DNA from: Haplodiscus bocki
Lineage: Eukaryota
Assembly (NCBI GenBank): GCA_965655095.1
Contig: OZ296649.1
Span: 92,628,001-92,692,000 of the forward strand
Direction of reading: 5' to 3'
DNA: 64,000 nucleotides
A model generated the notes under the pieces. It did not search any database. It had not been told where the DNA came from and saw only the letters and a list, made by a program, of their open reading frames with translations. This document shows, one piece after another, positions 52,101-61,100 of the stretch (positions within the stretch are counted from its first letter, which is position 1; the number at the start of each line of letters is the position of its first letter). The position numbers and the translations under genes were made by a program.

Positions 52101-55100
52101 ACAAAAGGTTACTATCAAACTAATTGACCTCATTGCGTCCTTCAGATTCCAGCTCGGAAGGGTTTTTTGTTGCTATAGCTATGAGTCATTTTTCTACTAT
52201 GACGTTTGCTATTACGTCATATTCATAGGTCATTTGCTACAGTTCACTATCTACCAGTACGTAAAAATTGATACCACAATTCGAATGCCACTACGCACTC
52301 CAAAAATTGAAAAGCCAGACGGTCAAATTCGTTCGAAACAAATCCGCACATTGAATGACAGCTTTCTATCGTTTCGGGCGTGCGATTTGCGTATCGAAAG
52401 CAGAAGGGAAAACAAAAACAAACACCACTGAAGAGGTGTTCACTTTTTACCAAAGTTCTCCCCATTATCAAAACGACCTGCCTAATTTCAACAAAGGCCC
52501 AAATTGAGTGACAGGTGACTTTTTTCGGACAGGCAGTATGTGCACCAGAAGGCGAGTGAAACTATCGTTAAAATCCAGCAAAAAAGTTTTCAAATTCATT
52601 CCACATAAGTCTGCACGCTCGCTCAAAGTTTTTAATCCAAGAATCACAGACTTCAATGAGTTTCCTTGTTTCGACAAAAACATTGGCGCGCTTTTACTTA
52701 GGCAATTGGAGCCAAACGGTATTGATTTTGCGACTGGCAAATTTCTGAAGCGAGTTTGAACCATCGAGTTGCCAGTTTTTCTAGGGAATGCACATTATCC
52801 ACGTCCCGGTTTTTACATTTTTTTAACTTTTCTAAAGTGTGCGAGAACCCGGGTTGGGGCGGGGAAGAAAAAAAAGAACGCTCTTAAAGGCCTTTTTTAA
52901 GGGGCCAAATTTCAAAATGTGAATCCGCAGCATTTATTGAGAAAATAGTTTTTGTTCTGAAACAACTGGAAAACATAAAGATCTAGATCAGTCCACCGGA
53001 AACAGCAGACTGTATAGAGAGACACACACTAAATCAGTCACTGGTGATTGGCGATGCTCCCTAGCAAAGGAATGAGTTTTTCTTTGTTTCCATCATAGGA
53101 TCTGGCAAAGGTGTGAACTCGGCTCTTCAGTTGCTGTGTTTTCGGTGCGATTTCTTTTGATTAGCAGTCGCAGCGTGTAGGAAAATGATTTTATGGATTG
53201 CAGCATTTTGGCAAAACTTATGGTGGAAAGTGCCAACGTAGGGATATTTGAAGTTGAAGAGGATTTGGATTCGAAACGCCAGCGTCATTTGTAATGTTTG
53301 TGCACGCCAGCCCTCCTGAAGTTTCATTGTTCTTTTTCCATTTTGATGGCATAAAGATTAGATTTCTGCCAGTACCTCTATTTCAAGAATCTGGATGTTT
53401 TTCGAAGTAGTCCGCAACTTGCTCACGTTTCTTTGGTCTTTGATGGTTCGATTTGCCTCTGAGAAAAAATCGACTACGTCCTCCATTACCAAATTGAAAC
53501 TATCTCGAATCTACTCCAGTAATAAAAAGCAGCTGCAGGTATTATTTTCAAGGTTAGGGTCCACGCTGGGATTGTTAATTGATTGTTTTTCAGGCTGACT
53601 CCTTTTATCTTGCGCAGAACGGATTGACTTGAGATGAAAAATTGGCAGAGATGAAAGAAATATCCAGTAAGTTTCGCAACCCGGAATTTTGTGAAAAACG
53701 CATTAACAGTAGCCTTTTTGTAGTCATTCGTGGTTTTTTGACAATATGCATTTGATACTAATGGCAGAAGGGCTTTGATGTTTACTTGTACAGTCTTTCA
53801 GCTTTGTTTGGTTTCAGAGCGTATATACAGGGTGGGTTTTACCCACCATCAACACTTTGACTGGTGAACAAACATATCCGAACTTTGTTCCATGGTTCGT
53901 TCACCAAGTCAAGAAGCATGTTTCGTTTCAAGTAAAAGAGACATGTCTGTCACGGCAGTTTTGATGAATTTTTCGGCTTCATGTTCTTTTCTGTCTCAAG
54001 CAACGAAATCTTTGAAGCCTTCGAAATGTAAATATTTTTTAAGGGGTATGTGTGGAAGTGATTTCTCAAGTCGTCTCTCGTATCAACTGAGTGACTCCGA
54101 AAAAGTGTGTTTTGGGGTTTTTTTCTCACTGACGCGGCATTTTGGACTTCTTGAAAAATTCAAACAGCAGCTTTGTAGTTGGTTGTTGAGACTGCTTTTT
54201 TTCATTCCGTTTTCGCTCGTCATGCTTCAGTCACTCCTGACCTAAAATTGCGAATGGTTTTTTGGGGTCTTGTATGGAATCATTTCCTGATGACGTTTTT
54301 TTCAAATTTGAACATTTACTTCAACAATATTGGCGGCAAGGCCGAAATGTTGTTGTTTTGTTTTCTTGCTTTTTAACGTATTCACAACATGAGTTTATGA
54401 GAGTTGGGTGCTTTCAAATGGCAGTCCACAATTCGATGTTCATGATTATGGAGAGTTGACAATTGAGTGAAAATCTATTGTTGTTCCACAAAACGCGGCA
54501 AATAGATGATTTTTTCACAAAGGGTTCTAACTAAAATTGTTTTTATGCTGAAAGTGAAGCGGAACTGCGTCAGATTTAAATGAGTGGGCACATTACTTCA
54601 TGGTTAGGTTGCGCTGAGTAGACACTATACTAAATTGTCTAGTAGCACTACTCGCTTTTCAGTACTTTATCTATTAGCAAGTGTTTAGGCGGCGAAAAAT
54701 TTTGAAGTAAACTATCTAATAGCGAAGGTCGTGACACCAAAAAAAGAAGTAAGGCAAGCCAAATCAGTTACTAGACGGGTTGTGAATTGTAAATTGACAC
54801 AAAAGTATGAAAAGAGAACGTTCGATTCGAAAAAGCAAACACTTGCGTCACAAGATTACCTGTGCTCGATTGTATAATCAACACAATATGTCGCATTCTT
54901 TTGGTTTCCCATTGATTCAGATAAATTGATGATGTAAGTAGTTACTGTTCATAGCAAGTTGTTTTTTTATTGAGACTTTTTTCTGCCCAAGACGAGTAGA
55001 AAAACCCAAATTTGTTTGCTTCCACTAAGACGAATTCATCAGATTGATGACGCGTAGTTGATAACCTACCTTCTCATTAACATAACAATTTTTTGCAAAG

Positions 55101-58100
55101 GATTGGCATTCTCCCAAAATCGAGAAGGGAAGCTGTGGGTTCGAAATTGCTGTTCTGCAGCCAAGTCTCGGGAATACTCAAAAGTCGTTCCAGATAAATA
55201 ATATCTGAAATTAAGGGAATCGGCTAAAATAACCAAAGTAATTGATTATCCCTTTCACATAGATCCAACTTGTAGGTTGTAATTCTTCAGTGTTTGTGAG
55301 AATCGTAATTTAGATCCGTTGCTCTTGTGTCAACATGCATAGAAAGAAACTATTAGATAGCTGGCATTGAACAACATTCACTCGAAAGCTTTGAACCAAT
55401 TCCAAATAATTAGGCTAGTGGACACTCCTGAGTAACTATTTGAAAATATATGAAAGGCCCAGTTGAATAAGATTCGTGCGGAGATAAACTAATCGAAAAT
55501 ACAATGGCAAAAGGAACGATTATGTACTGTCAAACTAATTGAGTTTTTTGCGTTCTTTGCTGTCATTTCAGATTTGGAGGAAGCATTGATAACAGTTTTT
55601 TGCTGAGTCAATCCATAGGATGCACGACACCAGCCTTTGTGAGATTCGCAGCATAGTTTCAAGGATCTTTTGCTAAAAATCACAAAGCAAACCTGCTATT
55701 AACCATGCGTTGAAGTATATTCAGTGTGATGCTTGCAACCTATTTAAAGCTACGAATCCTCCAAAAATACTATTTACAAATTCCAGATAGTGACGTTTTT
55801 CGCAGGAAAAATGATGGAGTTCAGAATGGCAAAAAGTGCGAAAAAGTGAGCATTTTTTGTGAGTTTTAGATTCAATTTAGGAAGAACTGGAGATCAAAAC
55901 CTTGAAATGTTCCGCAAAAAAAAACAATTACAATAAAAAAACGTCAGGTGAGAACCGCCAGTTCCAAACGAAGAACTCATGATGAATGCATTGCTGGATA
56001 TACTGCCACGGACTGGAAGCGATTTTTGCTCAATAGAAGAGCCGTTGAAGGTGCAATGCGTTCAGTAGCTAAAACATATTTTGGATTTGTGATGTCCGGC
56101 GAAACGGATGGAGACAACTTTTTGAGACAAGTTTTTGGTGGAGGGAATTACGTTGATCCTTGATCACTGAGACTTTTCCGAACATTTCATTACAGTAACC
56201 CACTTTCCCATCGTTTGTCAGATATAACGGGAAATGGAGCCAGCTTGAATTAGGATACTTGAGACAATGGCGATATCTTCAGCCCTGCATCTCGATTTGC
56301 GTTAGCTTTTGTTGCCGATCTCATTTTAACAATTTTTTCCTTTCAGCAAAGGCGTAGGATTTTTATTGTGCATTTGACAAAAAAATCTCAAAAACCTGTC
56401 AACATGCCATACAAGTCAGCAATCTATTTTGTTGACGAAGCTGGTCCTTGCGTTAGAAAAATCATGAACTCTGCCTCCGCTGTACATCGAAAGTAATTTA
56501 CTTCTTGATATCTTGAAAGGGGTCATCAAGGACTGACAGAGTATCAGAAACCTAAGCCAATGTATACCTTCTGACGAAATCCAAAGACGGCAATTTATCC
56601 AAATGAAAAGATTCGAAAATTAGTTCTGCTTCACTTATAAATATTGATTAATGGTATTGAAAACGGTCTTCATTCTGTTTGTTTGGTGAACAGTTTTCAA
56701 AAGTGTTTGTTGGCATAGGAGACATTCTCACTGAACTGACACAATTAATCGAACGGAAGTATAGAATTACGAGGCCAAGGACAAAAAAGGAGCAACATTT
56801 TACAATTAGACTGTGGTTCCAACATCGATGCACAAAAAAACTTGTTGGGTCGCATCCGGGAAACTGAGTGTTTGATCCTGTGACTACAGTGCATTAAGGC
56901 CTTTGTTGTCTTTTGTGGGGGTGTAGTGCTGTGAAAGCTGAGCGCTGAAGCTCCTTTTGCCGGGTTCGGACGTACTTGATGAGAAATTACACGTTCAGTC
57001 ACCGGTTGAGGAAAATTATCTTGGACTAGACGGAGTCCGCCATCATAAGGGATATGTCTCGGTACCCGGAAGGGGGTTATATCAATAGGGTCAGCAACCC
57101 GTTGATTATTTGGTCTGACAAAGCAGCTCCCGAAAACGACCGAATCGCGCGGGTGCGAAGTAAAAATGCCTATTTCTCATGCTTAGAAGTGGCTAAATTC
57201 CTCCCCCGAGAAAGCCAGAGATTTCTCTACATAGGATGGCCATTATCTTGAGACAAAGGCTCGGACAATTCGAACGTGATGCAATCAATCGTCGCATTTT
57301 GTCTCACACCTTCTTGCAGTGCTTGCAGTATCAAAAACAACATGCTTGTTTCTGGAAAGTTACAAGCGATAACTTGGACTTGGCCAAAACTCAATCTTGT
57401 TGGTTTAAAGTGTACCAAAACCATTAATGAAAGGGCGTGGACATGCGTCCACCCGTAAGGTAAGGTAGTACTTGGGGCGGGAACTGATATGGCACCATAC
57501 CATGGAAAGCAGAGCAGGTACTGTAGGTTACGGGCTTGCGTTTGATTGCCCAGCCTGGACAGGGGCCACAGATTTCGATAAGGAGTAAGGAAAGAGCCTT
57601 AATTACTTCTCGTTGTTATTGAAATAGTTTTTTTTGCAATGCTCAGCTTGCAATCCGTGAGGTGTGCGACAGTTGATATGACATAAACGGTTGGCCGCAC
57701 CAAGCTCACTCCTCTGGAAAGTTCGAAGTGGAAGATAGAATCGTTCTTCTTGGTGTCCGTTCAAAATGATGGCGCTTCAAAGAATTTCAACTTAATCATT
57801 GACGAATCTGGTATAACGCGCCTGCGATAGGAAATGCCAAGTGACAAGTCAATAGAGCTGAAACGCGAGAGCCCGGAAGGGAGTCCAAATTGGTTGCCGC
57901 TCCCCTTCGGTCGGGCTATAATATTCCTCCTGAGTTACCATAACCGTTTGAACGAAATGAAAGTTCAGAAATGACAAAATTGCAGTCATATTTGACGAAC
58001 AAGGTGAATAACTTGTTGGAAGTGATCTTTAACAAAAGGTAATTTTTGTTGAAGCACAAGTTTCAAGCGAGACTTGCATGCTATCAAAAATTGGCTTTGC

Positions 58101-61100
58101 TGTGGAAGAATGAAAATCAAATTCTAGAGGGACAGAAGAGATCAGTTTTGTGCTAGGATAGTATGAAAGTCAGGTAGATAGCTTGCGCCGCACTTTCGTT
58201 GAGACCAAATCGTTTGAATCTTGTGGAGAAAACTTCAGGAGGAGGTGGCCTCATTCACGTTACTTCGGGCGCAGAAATAATTTTCTGTAGTGATTGGTTT
58301 TTGATGGGCGACCATTCCCTGGGTAGAATTCCTCATCAGCGATGACATCTGGTACAGATTCCTTAACAACGGCATCGCGATACAGTCCTCCAAATGATTC
58401 TGCTAAAAGATTTGTATTTGCGTCAAACATCAGAACCTTAGTACTTTAATGGATTATTTTATTTCCAATAACATCAAGCCCCATGCTAGATACTTCAGTT
58501 GAACAAGAATACGTGCATATTTCGTAAATGGCAGCAAAAAAGTTTCAAATATTCCTTGAGATTTTTCTCATATGACGCTTAGAAGAAAATTTCGAAAATG
58601 AGTTAATTGGACCACTGACAACCCTTCCCTTTCGAACAAAATTTGTGATATACGACTTTTCTACAGTCAGTTCTTCCCCAAGGGAATAGTCGCGTTTATG
58701 CTTGAAAGGATGTCGCTTCACACGATGAGAAAATTGTTCGAACATTATGTTGAGACAGCCGATTGGCTCATCAACCAACTAGTGCCGGACAGAAGTGATA
58801 GTCAGGTAAATTCACGTAGACAGCAATAGTCAAAATAAATGCCAAAGTCAAAACGTTCAGTTATTCCCTAGCTTTGATGTCGAAAAGATGAAGAAACTCT
58901 GCTGAATTACAAAAACTATCTTATATACAGTATTGAAGATTTCAAAGGTACAAAAGTTCGATAGTCCCCCAAACTTCTGTCAAAAATAGTGCAACATTTT
59001 TGGGCAGGTATTAAATGGTTTTGGTGTACTAAATCTGGGTTTTTTATCGAATATTTTGTTCTCAATAGTTAAACATGTTAGTTTGGCAAGGTTGGCGTAT
59101 AATTGACTGTCACGAATATTAATCTCGGAGTGAAATGATGCACGATAATTTGGCAAAAATCGCGGTGGATACCCCGGTGGCGGATGATCTGGATAAAGCG
59201 GGAGCACTAAGTCTATTTTCTTTGATTCGTGAGTTTTTTGAAAGAAAAAATGGAAGTAATAGCTCTGTCAATGGAGGAAAATTTACTATAGGGAATAGAA
59301 ACTCTATAATGCTTCAGTCTTCCGCCAACAGTTGCGTATAATTTTTTTGGCGCATAGTTGAAGTCGTCGACAACATTGATGACGTTTATAACCAGAAATA
59401 CGGCTGTGTGGAAAAAAGTTGGACGGTTCGAAGTGACAAAATTGTTTTGACCGTATTTTTCCCCGTAAAATTTGGCCTCTTTACTTTTTGAGTAAAACGC
59501 TACCTAATTATTTTGGTTTTTTTTCGTGCGTGTTCGACGACAATGAGTTGATATTTTATGGTGCAACAAAAAGAAGAGTATACGTGACAAAAGGGCCTAT
59601 TTTCACCAACCATTTCAACTGCAGCTTTTGAAAACACCATAAAAACCCCTTTGTGAGGTTTTCAACATTCAGAGGCAAAAAATATCAGACGAAAACTGGG
59701 ATACTTTTTTTGGCAAATTACGATTTTGGAGCTTTTGAGAGTGTGAAACATTTCTTTTTGAAAAAAAACAGCCAAGCCCGTCTTTTTTTTAACGAATTTC
59801 CTTTGAATAAAGTTATAGTTTTCAAAACATCATTGTATCTCTCTTTAAGGTACATTGAATTTACAAGCGGCGCCGACTAAGCCATTACTTGATTGTTTTA
59901 GCGAAATTTTATTCACTTCACTATTTAGCTTTCGAGATCTCGAAGTTACAAATTGCCATTGCGAATCAGTCCGTTTCAGCATTAAGCTGCCTCGAGTAAA
60001 ACATGCCACAGAAAATTGTGCCATCCCAACGGGAAGAAAGAGCTCTTTCAGAGCTATCGCTCTAAAGTTTCAACATTAACCCGCCAGCTAAGAAACTTTC
60101 CTTCACGAATTTCATACCATTCAAAGACTTGAAGGCGTCGAAAACAGCACAGAAAGTACTGCATACTTCAATATTTTCCCGGAATGCGACAGCGAGAAAG
60201 CCAATCATTTGCAATGAAGAAAAAGATATTTTAATTCTTTCAAACTTTTTTCAAGTCTTGCGATTTCGTACCTGTTCTATTTTCAAATGTCTTTTTACTT
60301 TCTTTTAGAGCTGATTAATTGCTTTAAGGAACCCGCATAAAACCCATGCCGTTGAGCCTAGAGGTTTTGACAAAGTAGATTGGCGTTTGAAATGGGTAGC
60401 ACTTGTTTGAGTTGTTAATTGTACTTTTTGTATGTTTGGAATATTCTAATTTTCTAATTTCTGACGTCTAATTCCAATATAACTTTTCGGAAAGGCTAGA
60501 CTTGGAAAAATTCTCTAATTTTTTCCCAAAATTCCTTTTGGTCTTTTCAATTAGATCCTTACTGAATCGACTGTTTGATTTTTTTCGCCACCATTGTAGC
60601 ATTAATTAAGGAGTTCCCATTGTGGTTAGGAATGCTGTGATTGACTGCTGCGTAGCACTGCGCCGAGCAAATGCCAAGTGATACGTAACGACCACTACCA
60701 AACACCACTAAACATAAATGTGAAAAGAGTGCCACTAAATATAAATTTCAATTCACTATTTTCAATAAATGTCCAACAAAAAGTTTAAGCCGTACACCGA
60801 TACTCACCTGGCAGCATTACTAACATTTTGTTGCTGACACTTGCGCTAACCAGTCAAATAGAACAATTTGGTGAACCGAGATTCAATTTTCTGTTTTTAG
60901 TGAGACGCTTCACTTTTTTTACTGGTCTTATGTCATTTGGGAATCTACCATACGTGACATTCGAATAAAAGCAATTTATTGATAATCTATTTTGCTTTAT
61001 TCTCCGTTGCAGGTCAAGTGCCATGTATGTTATTTCCAAAATAATTTCAACTTTCAGCCCAATGTTCAGGAATTGTATCCGTATCGATGGCGTCGAAAAT

